Positions 1-12,678 are shown, counted from the first letter of the stretch. The stretch is DNA of 61,612 nt from Caldisericota bacterium (GCA_029548865.1 JAKPMO010000021.1:1-61612); one strand, 5' to 3'. Made by a program: numbers and translations. Notes: generated by a model not told the origin, from the letters alone.

Positions 1-1
1 G

Positions 2-124
2 AGGGGCGAGAAACCCCAGGAAGCAAAGCTCTCAGATTTTGCAAAGGGCGACAAGGTGGCCGTTGACTACCGCGATGGCAAGGCGCTTGTCATAAAGAAA
101 GTCATGGTCCCCGAAAAGAAGTGA
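2..124 (+). CDS. 3' end of a CDS truncated by the window edge; DUF5666/OB-fold-like repeat
   Basis: Frame 2 reads RGEKPQEAKLSDFAKGDKVAVDYRDGKALVIKKVMVPEKK* (TGA 122-124). The xDxxxGDxVxV pattern matches the repeats of 8338..12600, and a terminator follows. Confidence 0.65.
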   Translation, partial: RGEKPQEAKLSDFAKGDKVAVDYRDGKALVIKKVMVPEKK

Positions 125-157
125 TTTGACAGGACCAGTAGAGTAGTTAGCAATATG

Positions 158-190
158 AAAAAAGCCCGGGGGGTGACCCCGGGCTTTTTG
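158..190. terminator. Rho-independent terminator (potentially bidirectional)
   Basis: AAAAAGCCCGGGG-GGTGA-CCCCGGGCTTTTT hairpin with A and T runs on both sides. Confidence 0.8.
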
Positions 191-235
191 TTTTGGGCTG
201 ATGAAAAAACAGGAGAATGGGCTAAAATGATTGGC

Positions 236-907
236 ATGAACAATGATGGTCTTTTGGGAAGGTTTGATGCGTTCTGGGAAGACAAGGCAAGAATAGAATA
301 TGGCTTCAAAGTGCCGGAGCAGTGGTTTCTTGATGAGGCAGAAAAAATGTATCCTGATGGTCTCAGAGTACTGGACCTTGGCTGTGGCAACGGAAGAAAT
401 GCTGTTCCTCTGGCCAGGATGGGGTGTAAGGTGACTGGTGTGGACATATCAAAGGTTGCGCTTTCCCTTTTGAAAGAGAAGTCCCAAAAGAAGGGAGTAT
501 GTGTGGATGTTGTCCAATCTGATTTTGCATCTCTTTCGTTCCCTTCAGAATCTTTTGGTTTGTGCATCTGCTACAATTCCATTTTCAATTGCCGGACAGA
601 CGAGCTTTTTGAGGTTTTTGGAAAGGTGAAAGCCTGGCTTTCTCCAAAAGGCAGATTTCTTGTTACGTTGAGGAGCGCAAAAACCCCGGCCCCGGATGAT
701 TCTGTTTTGCTCCCCGGGGAGAGTGGAACATATATAACTAAAAGAGATGGGTTTGAGCATTTTGTCCACTACAGCGATTGCGAAGAAGTCGAAAAGCTTT
801 CTTTGGGCTGGGGCCTGGCTTCACTCGATGAGATAGAAGAACTTCTGGGGATGGGAGACAAGAAACGCAAAGTCTGGACCTACAGATTGACATTGGAAAA
901 GCAATAA
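236..907 (+). CDS. Class I SAM-dependent methyltransferase
   Basis: Motif I VLDLGCGNGRN, then VTGVDIS and a FPSESFGL motif. The ORF-track start at 155 runs through the terminator, so the real start is ATG 236 or 227. Confidence 0.85.
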   Translation: MNNDGLLGRFDAFWEDKARIEYGFKVPEQWFLDEAEKMYPDGLRVLDLGCGNGRNAVPLARMGCKVTGVDISKVALSLLKEKSQKKGVCVDVVQSDFASLSFPSESFGLCICYNSIFNCRTDELFEVFGKVKAWLSPKGRFLVTLRSAKTPAPDDSVLLPGESGTYITKRDGFEHFVHYSDCEEVEKLSLGWGLASLDEIEELLGMGDKKRKVWTYRLTLEKQ

Positions 908-920
908 GTCTGCCATGATT

Positions 921-1739
921 TTATTTAAGTAGCAGACTTACGAGTTGCCTTTCGTCTGCAGAGAGTTCCTGGAGTGTATCTGAAATGTTTTTTTGATGGG
1001 AATCGTTTTTGTTTATAAGCCCTGCGAGTTTCGCTATGGCCCTTATTTTGTAGGCGTGCGGGTATGCTCCGTACACCGGCGACAGCTCTTTTGGCGATGA
1101 TGGATTGAAGAGCATTTCTGATTCTGTATTCACTCTTTTTTCAAAGTTTGTTGCAATGTTTTTGCCATTCTTTTGGGCAATCACCTTGGCGAATTTTTTA
1201 AGGAAGCGGTTTGCAATGACGCCAACGGTTTCGTCATAGGAAAAATCTATAATGTTGTCATTGATGAGTCTGAAAATTGCTTTCCAGAAAGATTCTGGAT
1301 CAATCCAGTTCATTATATATTGAGTGGATACGCCATTGCCGATGCGGGAAAGGATCAGCTCCGCCTTGTTTGCCCATATTTTGTTTGACCTAAAGGGAAT
1401 ACCTGTCGGAAAAACAAACATTCTGCTCATGCACGGGTACGATGTTGCAGATATTTGTGGCAAATCCTCCAGGATATCTTCAATGTCTGGCATCCAGCCG
1501 TTGTCCTTCTGTGCAGAGAATGAAGGATTGTCATAGCCTAGGATTGATAGTTCGCCAGATGTCCTGAAGAGGAGCTCGTCAGTTTTTCCATTTGGCGGGC
1601 CCTGGATTATTCGGCCCGATTTGAATGCAAACCTTGCACTATCCCCATCTTCGAAGCCAAACTTGACCATACCGGTCAGTTTTCTATGGGTGAGAACAAT
1701 GAGTGAGGTGAATAAAAACACGTCTTGGAAGTGGGCCAT
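921..1739 (-). CDS. Hypothetical protein with N-terminal DUF4388/PATAN-like domain
   Basis: 272-aa ORF. N-terminal RKLTGMVKF...ARFAFKSGRII resembles PATAN/DUF4388; a possible wHTH-like segment lies in the middle. Confidence 0.55.
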   Translation of the reverse strand: MAHFQDVFLFTSLIVLTHRKLTGMVKFGFEDGDSARFAFKSGRIIQGPPNGKTDELLFRTSGELSILGYDNPSFSAQKDNGWMPDIEDILEDLPQISATSYPCMSRMFVFPTGIPFRSNKIWANKAELILSRIGNGVSTQYIMNWIDPESFWKAIFRLINDNIIDFSYDETVGVIANRFLKKFAKVIAQKNGKNIATNFEKRVNTESEMLFNPSSPKELSPVYGAYPHAYKIRAIAKLAGLINKNDSHQKNISDTLQELSADERQLVSLLLK

Positions 1740-1836
1740 GGCCTCTTTTCAAAAAAATAGACGAATTTTATAAAGTTAAGCTTATTTTAATGATATCTAG
1801 TATCAAGTCAAATAGACAAATCCTTATTTATTCAGC

Positions 1837-2283
1837 CTAATCGTCGAATATGACTGTTGCCAGGTACTTTCCGTCTTCGACTTTCACCTCAAGCCCTCCC
1901 CAGGTAACGGCCTTTATCAGGTGCTTTGTCTGGTGCCTGTTTTTGTTGTAGATTTCACCGTAAATTTTTACCAGAGCGCTGTTCCCAGATATTTTGAGTT
2001 CCATGTTGCGGGTGAGGAACCCCTCGCAATCAACCAGATAGACCAGCTTCGAAAGTGTTCGAACCAGCAGCTGCTCCGGGGAATCGAATTCAACCTCAAA
2101 GCTTTTTTCCTGGTTTGCTTCCACGGTTGCCGGATCTATTGTGAAAAAAAGAAGGGCCAGCGCGCCCTGGCGCACCAGCCCTTCCAGAGAATCTGCATTC
2201 AAACAGGCCCCTAGGTCTGCCGTATGGTCAAATGGCTTAAACCAGTCCTGGTTCTTCAGGTTCTGCCAGCTCCTCTTCCACAT
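1837..2283 (-). CDS. Archease (RtcB activator family)
   Basis: DHTAD at the N-terminus, IKAVT near the C-terminus, terminal VIFDD. The only upstream ATG overlaps the gyrA end. Confidence 0.88.
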   Translation of the reverse strand: MWKRSWQNLKNQDWFKPFDHTADLGACLNADSLEGLVRQGALALLFFTIDPATVEANQEKSFEVEFDSPEQLLVRTLSKLVYLVDCEGFLTRNMELKISGNSALVKIYGEIYNKNRHQTKHLIKAVTWGGLEVKVEDGKYLATVIFDD

Positions 2284-4720
2284 TGTCCGTCATCCTTGAG
2301 ATTGCGGTTACTGAGTCGCCCTGCTCGAGTTTTATGAGCCTGACTCCTGTTGCGTATCTTCCAAGCTCTGGTATGTCAGAGGTTGAAATCCTGATTGTTT
2401 GGCCGCTCGTTGTGATTATCATGAGCAATTCGCCAGGTTTTACGATGTTGCAGGCAACAAGTGGGCCGGACTTGTCATTTATGTTCATGGCGCGGACGCC
2501 CTTTCCGCCGCGCTTTATGAGCCTGAATGTGTCGAAGTCGGTGAGCTTGCCATATCCGTTCTCAGAAACACAGAGCAGGCAACCATCTTCTTCTTCAACT
2601 TCCATGCCCATGACCATGTCACCAATGCCCATCCTGATTCCGATAACACCCTTTGATGACCTGCCGGTTGGCCTGATGTCGCTTTCATTAAAGCGTACGG
2701 CCTGGCCATGCTTGGAGACAATTATTATCTCTTCATTAGGGTTGACCAGCCTTGCTTTCCTGAGCCAGTCATCGCCATCCAGCGTTATTGCTATGATTCC
2801 AGTTCTTCTGATGTTTGCAAAAGAGGATAGTTCAACTTTTTTGACAGTGCCCTGTGCCGTCACAAACATCAGGAAGTGATTGTCGTCCCATTGTTTGACT
2901 GGAAGTATGTAGGTAGCAAACTCCGATGGTGTAAGAGGAATGATTGCTGTTATCGGGGTGCCCTTTGCCGCCCTTCCGGTTTCCGGGATATCGTATACCT
3001 TGAATTTGTAAACTTTTCCGAGGTTTGTGAATGTCAGCATGTCCTGTTTGGCTGAAACGTGGAAGATGTCCTGGGCCTGGTCGTCGCCGACTGTTTGCAC
3101 GCCAGTGACTCCCTTTCCACCCCTGCCCTGGGCCCTCCAGGCATCGACCTTTACTCTCTTGAGATACCCGTCTTTTGTGATTGAAACAATGAATGGGTCG
3201 TCTGGAATGAGGTCGTCGAGCTTGATGCCGGACTCATCGAAGTTTTCAATAACTGTGCGTCTTTTATCTGCAAACTTCTTTTTGAGGAGCAGGAACTCAT
3301 CCCTGACGACCTGTTTGAGTCTTTCGGGGTTCTCGAGGATTTCGGTGAGTTCTTTGATTTTTGCTATAAGTTCTGCTATTTCCTTGTCTATCTTGTCAAC
3401 TTCCAAGGCGGTGAGCCTTGCCAGTCTCATATCGAGGATTGCTTTTGCCTGTATGTCGGACAATTGAAATCTTTGGATTAGGGACGTCTGGGCAGCCTCC
3501 GAGGTTGGCGAATTCCTGATTATCTTGATGGTTTCATCAATATTGGTGATAGCTGTTCTGATGCCTTCTAAGATATGCTTTCTTTCTTCGGCTTTTTTGA
3601 GCTGGAACTCGGTGCGCTTCGTCACAACCTGGCGCCTGAAATCAAGGAATGTATTGAGCATGTCAATCAGTCCAACTTCCATCGGCCTGCCGTCCACAAT
3701 GGAGAGCATTATTCCGCCAAATGTTGACTGGTATGCGGTGTGTTTGTAAAGCTGCTTTTCTATGAGCTGGGGATCAGCGCCAGATTTGAGCTCGATGACT
3801 ACCCTGATGCCTTCCCTGTCAGATTCGTCCCTCAGGTCGGTTATGCCTTCGATCTTCTTTTCCCTGACGAGGTCGGCTATTGTGCTAACGAGTGTGGCCT
3901 TGTTGACCATGTATGGCAGTTCATTGATCACATAGCTCAGCTTTTTGCCTTCGGACTCCACCTTGCCAATGCCCTGGACGATTATCGTACCTCTGCCCTC
4001 TTCGTAGAACTTCCTTATTCCCATTGGCGAAACGATCCTGCCTCCAGTTGGGAAGTCTGGGCCAGGCATCATTCTCATGATGTCATCAAGGGAAGGCTCA
4101 CTGTTGTCTAGCATGTAGATGAGACAGTCAACGATTTCACCGAGATTGTGTGGTGGGATGTTGGACGCCATTCCGACGCCTATTCCTGACGAGCCGTTGA
4201 GGAGCAGGACTGGAAGTTTTGACGGGAGGACAGTTGGCTCGTCAAGCGTGTTGTCAAAGTTGCGCATTGTCTGGACTGTTTCCTGGTCCAGCTCTTCAAG
4301 CATCGATTCTGCAAATTCGGTCAGCCTTACTTCGGTGTAACGCATGGCGGCCGCACCGTCGCCATCAATCGAGCCAAAGTTGCCCTGCCCGTCAACGAGT
4401 GGGTAGCGGCTCGAGAATTCCTGTGCCAGCCTTACGATGGAGTCGTATACTGCCAATTCCCCGTGGGGATGGTACTTGCCTAGGACGTCTCCGACGATCC
4501 TTGCCGATTTCTTGTGTGGTTTGTCGTGGTTGTTCCCAAGCTCGCCCATTGAGAAGAGAATGCGCCTGTGGACTGGCTTTAGGCCATCCCTGGCGTCTGG
4601 TATTGAACGGCCGATATTTACGGACATTGCGTAGTCGAGATAGTAGGTCTTTATTTCTTCCTCGACCTCGATTTCCCTTATGCTTTCACCAAGCCTGTTA
4701 TGAAGGTCTTTGTCTTCCAT
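2237..4720 (-). CDS. gyrA: DNA gyrase subunit A
   Basis: [15 protein letters not shown], catalytic AAAMRYTE, GyrA-box QGRGGKG, C-terminal pinwheel repeats. Confidence 0.97.
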   Translation of the reverse strand: MEDKDLHNRLGESIREIEVEEEIKTYYLDYAMSVNIGRSIPDARDGLKPVHRRILFSMGELGNNHDKPHKKSARIVGDVLGKYHPHGELAVYDSIVRLAQEFSSRYPLVDGQGNFGSIDGDGAAAMRYTEVRLTEFAESMLEELDQETVQTMRNFDNTLDEPTVLPSKLPVLLLNGSSGIGVGMASNIPPHNLGEIVDCLIYMLDNSEPSLDDIMRMMPGPDFPTGGRIVSPMGIRKFYEEGRGTIIVQGIGKVESEGKKLSYVINELPYMVNKATLVSTIADLVREKKIEGITDLRDESDREGIRVVIELKSGADPQLIEKQLYKHTAYQSTFGGIMLSIVDGRPMEVGLIDMLNTFLDFRRQVVTKRTEFQLKKAEERKHILEGIRTAITNIDETIKIIRNSPTSEAAQTSLIQRFQLSDIQAKAILDMRLARLTALEVDKIDKEIAELIAKIKELTEILENPERLKQVVRDEFLLLKKKFADKRRTVIENFDESGIKLDDLIPDDPFIVSITKDGYLKRVKVDAWRAQGRGGKGVTGVQTVGDDQAQDIFHVSAKQDMLTFTNLGKVYKFKVYDIPETGRAAKGTPITAIIPLTPSEFATYILPVKQWDDNHFLMFVTAQGTVKKVELSSFANIRRTGIIAITLDGDDWLRKARLVNPNEEIIIVSKHGQAVRFNESDIRPTGRSSKGVIGIRMGIGDMVMGMEVEEEDGCLLCVSENGYGKLTDFDTFRLIKRGGKGVRAMNINDKSGPLVACNIVKPGELLMIITTSGQTIRISTSDIPELGRYATGVRLIKLEQGDSVTAISRMTDNVEEELAEPEEPGLV

Positions 4721-4727
4721 CTCTCAC

Positions 4728-6644
<1,917 letters not shown>

Positions 6645-6726
6645 TCAAAAATAAGCCAAATGCAAGCAAAAATCAACAAAATATGCGATTAGTTGACAGT
6701 CTCTACTCATTGCGTACAAAGGGGGC

Positions 6727-7194
6727 ATGAAGTATTTTGCCGTTATCGCTATGGTGGTAGTTATGCTCTCTGGTTGCACTGCTGGTTCGATCTCCATGGT
6801 CGAGTTGCCAAAGCCTGAGGACAAAACTGGCCTTCCATCTCCACTTCCCGAATATGTTCCGGTGTTCAGGCCATCTTCTGATAATCCAGCGAATCCATTG
6901 AGGGTGTTGAATGAAAAGGTAGGCCAGACGGACCTTGTGAGAGAAATCACCGGTACACTTTACACTTCCTCGAACCCTTTACGCATATATGAGTGGTACA
7001 AGGACGAGTTTGCGGCAAAGGGCTGGGCGACCAACTATGACCTTCCATACAGCGAAAAGTTTCAAACCGGCAAGCTGACTTGCATCAAGGGTGACCTTGT
7101 CCTTACGGTCACGATAAATTATGATCCAGTGCAGAGCAGGACAGAAATTTTATATCTTGGCAATAAGTTCACCAAACCACAGGATGGAAAATGA
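6727..7194 (+). CDS. Lipoprotein, paralog 1 of a tandem trio
   Basis: Lipobox LSGC after a hydrophobic stretch; PEYVPVF and IYEWYK motifs. Confidence 0.75.
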   Translation: MKYFAVIAMVVVMLSGCTAGSISMVELPKPEDKTGLPSPLPEYVPVFRPSSDNPANPLRVLNEKVGQTDLVREITGTLYTSSNPLRIYEWYKDEFAAKGWATNYDLPYSEKFQTGKLTCIKGDLVLTVTINYDPVQSRTEILYLGNKFTKPQDGK

Positions 7195-7751
7195 AAAATA
7201 TCAGAAATTTTGCGCTTCTGCTGGGCCTTCTTGCAACCCTGGCAAGTTGCGCGCAAGCATCACGCGAGCTTGATGTAGACAAACTTGCTAATCCGCTAAA
7301 AGCAGGCGACAAGCCGGATATTGAAATAGTAGAGCCGGTAGTGACCGAAGCACCCTTCAAAGCTGACAAGACAAGATTGAACGAGCTCTCTCCCTATGTT
7401 CCGATATACAAAGATGCCAAATTCGACTCCACCAGATCATTTATTGTGGGTGAGGACAACGAAAATATTGGCAAAACCAAAGTTACTGCCGAAACCTATC
7501 ATAATGCAACGGCCGAAGAAGTTTACACCTGGATTGTTGACCATCTCACAGACACTGGCTTGAGGGTGGCAAAAAAAGAGGAAATCAATGACCAGGACCC
7601 ACTCATCTTTGTGGAAGCAGACGGTACGGCCCATATTACCGCAATAGGTAAGGAGTCTTTCATGAAGATTGACGTGTGGACACTGACAGCCTATCCAGGC
7701 TGGGTGAGGGTTAATTATGAGGGCACGAGCGACAAGCCTTTTGGCAAGTAG
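7191..7751 (+). CDS. Lipoprotein, paralog 2
   Basis: Lipobox LASC; SPYVPIY and VYTWIV motifs; ATGA overlap with the previous gene. Confidence 0.75.
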   Translation: MKNIRNFALLLGLLATLASCAQASRELDVDKLANPLKAGDKPDIEIVEPVVTEAPFKADKTRLNELSPYVPIYKDAKFDSTRSFIVGEDNENIGKTKVTAETYHNATAEEVYTWIVDHLTDTGLRVAKKEEINDQDPLIFVEADGTAHITAIGKESFMKIDVWTLTAYPGWVRVNYEGTSDKPFGK

Positions 7752-8232
7752 CCTTCTTCTTGTTGCATTGCTTTCTGGTTGCGGTGGCAGTACCGTCAAG
7801 ACCGAAAAACTTGAAGTAAAAAAGTCATACGAAATTATACCAAAAATTGCCGCCCATTATCCCGTTTATGATGGTGCATTTGAAAACGAAATCTATGGCA
7901 AAAGGATTGATGTCAAGACGGTTGCCGAAAAGGTTTTCGGAGTCGAGGTTTCCGGGCCACTGTTTGCAGGTGGCGACCCAGCAGAGATTTTCGAATGGTA
8001 TATGCAAAAAGCCAAGGATGATGGCTGGGGGAAATTTGAAGGCGGCACCAGCTATGTTCCCTACGACACAGAAAAAGAATATGGCTTTCTGGCCATAAGC
8101 AAGGGTAGGCGCACGCTTAGCCTGGAGTTTAGAAGGAAGCCGGGCTGGGAATATACAAGAATCCAGTATCTTGGCATGGCATACCACAAGGATGGCGCCT
8201 GGCTCGATGACGGTCTTGAGTACCAAAAATAA
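7717..8232 (+). CDS. Lipoprotein, paralog 3
   Basis: Lipobox LSGC; HYPVYDGA and IFEWYM motifs. Confidence 0.72.
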   Translation: MRARATSLLASSLLLVALLSGCGGSTVKTEKLEVKKSYEIIPKIAAHYPVYDGAFENEIYGKRIDVKTVAEKVFGVEVSGPLFAGGDPAEIFEWYMQKAKDDGWGKFEGGTSYVPYDTEKEYGFLAISKGRRTLSLEFRRKPGWEYTRIQYLGMAYHKDGAWLDDGLEYQK

Positions 8233-8337
8233 ACAGAAAATTTAGCTTGCCTCCATTCATTTTGTCGCTCCAATTTTTGAACCTTTAACAAGAAAGATTC
8301 GTATTTGTTTCAAATCCTAAGTTAGGGGTGCATAAAG

Positions 8338-11300
8338 ATGGTTGCGAGAAAGTTTATGTCCGTAATTCTTGCAGGGGCCCTTCTTTTCGGGCTTCTCCCC
8401 ATTGGCTCCGCACAGGCCGCATCGGTCACTGTTTCGGGAGTCATCTCGTCAGTTTCATGCTATTCTTCGATACAGGTTTCGTCCCCATCGCTTGGCAAGG
8501 TCTTTGATGTTGCCATTGTTGGCTCGACGATCATCACCGTGAATGGCGCGGTATCGCCGTGTACCGATTTGCAACCGAACATGAGCGTTACTGTTGTTGG
8601 AGTTGACAACGGGGGTCGCATAATTGCGTCGAAGATAGCCGCACAGGGGGCAGGCTCTGTAAAAAAGATAACTGCAACGGGGAAAATTGTTTCAACATAT
8701 TGTCCGAATGCAATTGTTGTTGCGACCTCGTCCGGAAACATCCAATTTGATATTTCGAGGGCCATGATAATGGGGCCGACAGGTTCGCTGTCCTGCGAAG
8801 ACCTGGAAGTTGGAGACCCGGTGATTGTTAGCGGCGAACAGAGAGCAGATGGCAGCTACTATGCCAGCTATGTCAAAGTAAATACGGGCAGTGTTGGTTT
8901 TGTTGCCACAGGTAAAATAAGTTCGATCGATTGCTCTTCAGGCGAAATGGTGTTACAGGCGACGAGCCAGACAGTGAAAATCCTTATTGGCAGTGCAAGG
9001 TTTACGCTCAATGGAAAATCGGTTTCTTGCGATGAGCTAAAAGTCGGCGACTCAGCCCAAGTCAAAGGAACTGCGGACAAGGGTGTATACACTGCGCAGA
9101 CCGTTGCTGTCACAAGGGAAACAGGCACATTCAATGTAACTGGCAAGATCGCCTCCATATCCTGCCCTTCAGTCATCTCCATCACTGTTTCTGGTGGAAT
9201 GCTCACAATCAAGATAACACAAAACACCATCATAAAAAAAGGCGGTGTTGTTGCATCCTGTGGCGATCTCCAGGTTGGTGATTCAGCCACGGTATCGGGC
9301 ACTGTTGAAAATGGCGTCTATGTTGCAGACATAATCAATGCCACTTCGCAGGTCCAAACTTTCACACTGTCTGGCACGATTGAAGCAACAAATTGCCCTT
9401 CTGAGATTACGCTGAAAACTTCTTCTGGCACGTTTACGATTGATGTATCGCAGGCCCAGATAAAGATTGGTGGAGTCGTGAAGCAATGTTCTGACCTCAA
9501 ACAGGGTGATATTGCATATGTTTCTGGCGTGATGCAAAACGGGAAAAAGATTGCCCAGACAGTAACAGTGACCAGCTCTGGCCAGGTGACCGTTTCAATC
9601 GAGGGAACGGTGTTCTCGAAAAACTGCCAGACAAAGATGGTCACGGTAAAAAAACAGAACGGAATTATTGTACAGGTTGTCCTTCCGCAGTCATTTACAA
9701 GAAATGGCAATGCGGCCACCTGCGATGACATAAAGATTGGTGACAATGCTTATATAGAAGGAACTCAGTCGGGTGCAACGATAGTTGCAACCAAGGCTGA
9801 GTTTGCAGGAGAAACTGGTGGTGGAGAAACCAAGACTGTCAGTGGCAAGATAATCACCATTGATTGCCAGGCACTTCTGATGGTCCTTGAGACTGAATCT
9901 GGTACTATACAGGTCAGATTTACACCGCTAACAAAATTCTTCAGAAACAACATATCTGCAGAGTGTTCCGAATTGGTGCCGGGTGACACAGCAAGTGTTA
10001 CTGGCATCGAATCGCAGGGCATTCTTGTTGCAGAGACTGTCTATGCTATTGGCGAGGGTGGAGCAATCGCGCAATTTGAAGGCAAGATAACATCGGTTGA
10101 TTGCGTACTAATGAAGATGACCATCAAATACAACGGCCTTGATATTTTGGTCATGCTCCAGGGCGCAACAATAAAAAAAGATGGTGCAACCATAAACTGT
10201 GTCGACCTCAAGATTGGCGATACTGTTATTGTGTGGGGCAGCATTGTTCCAAACGAGGCAAAGGTCATCGCAGTAAAGGTTGAGGTTGTGACCTCGGGCG
10301 GTGGCGGTGATTGCAATGGGCCGTTTACCTATACCGGCAAAATTGAAATGGTCAATTGCCTTGGACAACCGCAAACAATAATCCTGGTTGTTGGTAACAC
10401 AAAAAAGATCATTTTTATAACTTCTTCAACAAAAATAACAATCGATGGAAAAACCGCAACTTGCCAGCAGCTGAAAGCCGGCATGACTGTTACGGTCACA
10501 GGCAATTGCGTTCCAGACAAGGGCCTATACGCAACCGAGATAACCTCTGGCCAGAGCGAGTCAGAGCTCGGGACTGTCAGTGGAATACTTGGCGGGACCA
10601 GCTGCTATTACAAGAAGATTTCAGTCATGATTGATGGCGAGTATGACTACACCGTGTTCATGATTGATGATCAGACCGAAATCATTGTTGATGGCGTGAA
10701 AACCACTTGCGCAGCACTCAGGTCCGGGATGAGAATTGTTGTCACCTACAAGGCAGTTGGCAACCCGCCAACCCTTGTTGCAGTCAAAATTGTGGCAACC
10801 ACGCCAACAAATCCTCCTCCACCAACCCCACCACCGGGTGGCGGTTCTGGCGGTGGAAGTGGCGGCGGGGGTACTCCGCCAACACCGCCTGGTGGCGGTG
10901 GCTCCGGTGGAGGCACAACTCCAACCCCGGGTGACAACGAAGGTCAAGGTTTTGAGTCTGTTCTTACAGTCACAAAGATTGATTGCGCAGGCAAGACAAT
11001 TGAAGGTACTGACGAATACAATGCCGGAACCAAAATGACTGTCAAGTTGAGCGAAAATAGCACAATAAACTATAAGGACCAGCAGATAACCTGTGATAAG
11101 CTCAAGGTTGGCTATCTGATCAAGGTCAATGGAGTCAGGGGCAAGGGTACCAATGTAAATGCCACTACTTGTGAAATTCTTCCGGTTTCACCTCTCCCAA
11201 ACAAGATCAACGGTCGCATTGTCGAAGTCGATAAAGTAAAGGGCTGGGTGAAGCTGGAGCCGGTCAAGTCTGGCATCAGCACCATGTCGGTGAGCGGCGG

Positions 11301-12600
11301 TGTCAAGTCAGATGGTGACTACGTTCTCGTCTACATTGACCCAACCACGACTTTTGAGTACAGGGGCAGGAAACTCACCATCCAGGACCTCAGGCCTGGC
11401 GTAATGATGGAGATTTCGGGGCTTGTTGATCCGATCAATTCGGTGATGACAACCAATACGATAACGCTCTCGGCCAGGCAGGCAATTGATGTTACCCAGA
11501 AGGGCCGCGTTGCCGATGCCTTCTGCGACAAGAGCATGTTCTGGCTCATAACCGATGATCCGGAATCAAAGTATGTTCTCATTAAGCTTTCAACTGATAC
11601 TGCAGTGACCCTTGAAGGCAGTAAAGCCACATGTGCTGATCTGGTGAAAGGCACAGAAGTGACAGTCACTGGAAAATTGGACCCGTTTGATCTTTATGTT
11701 TCCGCGCAAAAGGTCGAGGCCCTTAAGCCCCAGATTGGTACAGCGACCATCGAGGGTGAAATGATGGCTCTGGATTCAACAAAACAGCAGCTCTGGATCA
11801 AGATTTCAGACGAGCAGGGCACGAGATTTGTTATGGTCAAATACAACACCGAAACCAAGTTCCTGGCTTTTGGGAAGGCCGGAACGGTGGCCGATCTTGT
11901 CTATGCGAGCGTACTCACGGTGACAGGCTCCTATGACCCGAGCAACCAGTTCATCTTCAATGCTGGAACAGTGGAGTCGCTTGGAAAGTCCGAAGAAAAC
12001 CTTTCCTCAACAGGCACCGTTGTTTTTGCCGATTGCGTCGGGAAGATAATCTTCATAAAGACCCAGAAGGGTGTTGAAAGGTTCGAGCTTGTCTCATCCA
12101 CAAAGATAACAAGCGGTGACAAGCCGGCCTCCTGCGCAGACATCAAGGAAGGCCAGCAGGTAACAATCACCTATGACCGCAAGGGAACAAAGGTTTTCAC
12201 AACAAAACTCACGCTCCCGCCACCAAAGACAATCATCAAATTGACTGTCGGCCTTGGCGTCATATCGGTCAACGGCCAGAACGTTCTCATTGATGCACCA
12301 CCTTACGTTAAGGGTGGAACAACAATGGTGCCAATCAGGGTCGTAACCGCATATTTTGGCGCATCGCTGACCTGGGGCCAGGCCGACAAAAGGCTCACAC
12401 TCCAGAGGGGAAAGGACATCATCATCGTCTGGATCGGCAGGCAGGAAGCACTTGTCAACGGGAAATCAACCCCGCTGGCCCAGGCCCCGGAATACGGTGC
12501 AGCCGACAGGATGATGGTCCCGCTAAGGTTCTTCTCCGAGGTGTTTGGTGCCCAGGTGGAGTGGGACCAGGCGAGCAAGACGATAACGATAACCCTCTAG
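8338..12600 (+). CDS. Large secreted protein with 15 DUF5666-like OB-fold repeats, Pro/Gly linker and C-terminal copper-amine-oxidase-N (stalk) domain
   Basis: Signal peptide ending AQA; ~75-aa repeats G.I..I.C...C.DL..GD.V.V.G; PPPTPPPGGGSGG linker; C-terminal TMVPIRVV...MMVPLRFFSEVFGAQVEWD. Confidence 0.85.
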   Translation: MVARKFMSVILAGALLFGLLPIGSAQAASVTVSGVISSVSCYSSIQVSSPSLGKVFDVAIVGSTIITVNGAVSPCTDLQPNMSVTVVGVDNGGRIIASKIAAQGAGSVKKITATGKIVSTYCPNAIVVATSSGNIQFDISRAMIMGPTGSLSCEDLEVGDPVIVSGEQRADGSYYASYVKVNTGSVGFVATGKISSIDCSSGEMVLQATSQTVKILIGSARFTLNGKSVSCDELKVGDSAQVKGTADKGVYTAQTVAVTRETGTFNVTGKIASISCPSVISITVSGGMLTIKITQNTIIKKGGVVASCGDLQVGDSATVSGTVENGVYVADIINATSQVQTFTLSGTIEATNCPSEITLKTSSGTFTIDVSQAQIKIGGVVKQCSDLKQGDIAYVSGVMQNGKKIAQTVTVTSSGQVTVSIEGTVFSKNCQTKMVTVKKQNGIIVQVVLPQSFTRNGNAATCDDIKIGDNAYIEGTQSGATIVATKAEFAGETGGGETKTVSGKIITIDCQALLMVLETESGTIQVRFTPLTKFFRNNISAECSELVPGDTASVTGIESQGILVAETVYAIGEGGAIAQFEGKITSVDCVLMKMTIKYNGLDILVMLQGATIKKDGATINCVDLKIGDTVIVWGSIVPNEAKVIAVKVEVVTSGGGGDCNGPFTYTGKIEMVNCLGQPQTIILVVGNTKKIIFITSSTKITIDGKTATCQQLKAGMTVTVTGNCVPDKGLYATEITSGQSESELGTVSGILGGTSCYYKKISVMIDGEYDYTVFMIDDQTEIIVDGVKTTCAALRSGMRIVVTYKAVGNPPTLVAVKIVATTPTNPPPPTPPPGGGSGGGSGGGGTPPTPPGGGGSGGGTTPTPGDNEGQGFESVLTVTKIDCAGKTIEGTDEYNAGTKMTVKLSENSTINYKDQQITCDKLKVGYLIKVNGVRGKGTNVNATTCEILPVSPLPNKINGRIVEVDKVKGWVKLEPVKSGISTMSVSGGVKSDGDYVLVYIDPTTTFEYRGRKLTIQDLRPGVMMEISGLVDPINSVMTTNTITLSARQAIDVTQKGRVADAFCDKSMFWLITDDPESKYVLIKLSTDTAVTLEGSKATCADLVKGTEVTVTGKLDPFDLYVSAQKVEALKPQIGTATIEGEMMALDSTKQQLWIKISDEQGTRFVMVKYNTETKFLAFGKAGTVADLVYASVLTVTGSYDPSNQFIFNAGTVESLGKSEENLSSTGTVVFADCVGKIIFIKTQKGVERFELVSSTKITSGDKPASCADIKEGQQVTITYDRKGTKVFTTKLTLPPPKTIIKLTVGLGVISVNGQNVLIDAPPYVKGGTTMVPIRVVTAYFGASLTWGQADKRLTLQRGKDIIIVWIGRQEALVNGKSTPLAQAPEYGAADRMMVPLRFFSEVFGAQVEWDQASKTITITL

Positions 12601-12622
12601 GAAATTTGCGTCTGGAATATTC

Positions 12623-12651
12623 AAAAAGGAGGGGGAAACCCCTCCTTTTTT
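12623..12651. terminator. Bidirectional rho-independent terminator
   Basis: AAAAAGGAGGGG-GAAA-CCCCTCCTTTTT between convergent genes. Confidence 0.85.
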
Positions 12652-12678
12652 GTTTGTGGCGGCCACAAAAAGACCCTC

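Noticed and set aside
155..235. ORF-track N-terminal extension of the methyltransferase
   Set aside because: It runs through a terminator hairpin; a downstream ATG is more plausible
10800..10935. GGTGGC/CCA-rich repeats as a possible VNTR or CRISPR
   Set aside because: Degenerate codons of a Pro/Gly linker; no identical repeats with unique spacers
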